From NCBI GenBank assembly GCA_963829055.1, contig CAWHHI010000018.1, positions 1 to 64,000 on the forward strand: DNA of 64,000 nucleotides, given 5' to 3'. This document shows positions 63,516 to 64,000 of this stretch, piece by piece; positions within the stretch are counted from its first letter, which is position 1, and the number at the start of each line of letters is the position of its first letter. The notes below the pieces were generated by a model. It saw only the letters and a program-made list of their open reading frames with translations, did not search any database and was not told where the DNA came from. This DNA is from an uncultured Gemmatimonadaceae bacterium (GTDB lineage: Bacteria; Gemmatimonadota; Gemmatimonadetes; Gemmatimonadales; Gemmatimonadaceae). The translations under genes and the position numbers were made by a program.

Positions 63516-64000
63516 GCAAGCTCGAGCCTCACGGCGGACCGGTCGGGCGAACGCGTTGACATCGTCGCGTTGTCACACGTTAGGCACCGTGAACGCGCCG
63601 ACATGACCGTTCGTCGGGGCCGCCACACTGCGTCTGTCGGGGCCGTCACTCGGTAGGACCAAAGGGCAATGTCGACGGAGAGCCGGAGTTGGCACTGTGC
63701 GTGCGAACTCGTTCACCGACAGCTGACTGGGTTTCATCCGCTGCGTTTCGTGTGAGGCCATCCCACGCTGGGAGGCACGTGTTCTTTCGTCAAACGGCGG
63801 TGCTGAGGTGGGCGCGGTGTCGCTCGCCGCCTCAGGTGACATACCCGTCCTGAGTGTCTCACGCCGGGCGGTGAGCAGAGGGACGCCGCGAGCAGCGTTC
63901 GGCCTCGTACATGGCCGACATGCTCCAGCAGCTGTCAGCGGTGACGCTCTCGCCCACGGACTGGGCTCGGGTAGCAGATGCCGAGTCCAGTCCGTCTGCG

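Larger units (their letters stand above)
562..63584. repeat. Dispersed, over-represented short motif CCTAAC(G) / (C)GTTAGG
   Basis: About 84 hexamer copies by hand count (about 75 as the full heptamer), roughly one per 750 bp, in both orientations. Confidence 0.85.

Noticed and set aside
562..63584. TTAGG motif as telomeric repeat, or as Chi/KOPS
   Set aside because: Copies are never tandem, and the two orientations are near balanced within the window, unlike polar replichore-oriented motifs.
1..64000. CRISPR array, tRNA or rRNA genes
   Set aside because: No regularly spaced 25-40 bp repeats with unique spacers and no recognisable tRNA/rRNA sequence.
63516..64000. Coding potential downstream of the eCIS
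   Set aside because: Only short or open-ended frames with no recognisable motifs; truncated by the window edge.
1..64000. Numerous long Arg/Pro-rich or antisense ORFs in the six-frame track
   Set aside because: Shadow ORFs expected at this GC content, overlapping better-supported genes.

Overview
GC-rich bacterial DNA (about 68-70% GC by eye). Gene content (SusC/SusD pair, HAF-repeat lipoproteins, DUF4384-like lipoprotein, CocE/NonD hydrolases) suggests Gemmatimonadota; this is an inference. Many genes carry 1-bp frameshifts, most likely long-read indel errors. The left half (1-33 kb) is an accessory patchwork: REP-flanked gene fragments, CcdA/TlpA, GNATs, a TraG remnant, tandem HAF-repeat proteins, a stress/dormancy-like cluster (histidine kinase, USP, Hsp20, CBS, NarL, Pat-type acetyltransferase) and a CocE/NonD x2 + SusCD locus. 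The right half (33.4-63.5 kb) is an apparently complete extracellular contractile injection system (eCIS): LuxR regulator, AAA+ ATPase, two DUF4157 proteins, DUF4255 cap, sheath, tube, chaperone/DUF6760, LysM tube initiator, gpD/gpV spike, PAAR, gp25, two baseplate-J proteins, tail-I protein and four paralogous fibre-like proteins. Main observations: (1) the non-palindromic word CCTAAC(G)/(C)GTTAGG occurs about 84 times (hand count) on both strands and in several codon registers; (2) a DUF4157 effector combines a SitA5-like membrane segment with a PD-(D/E)xK nuclease-like tip; (3) a TGAAYC-N15-GRTTCA palindrome precedes both eCIS sub-operons; (4) a candidate G/GT-type programmed frameshift lies in the tail chaperone.
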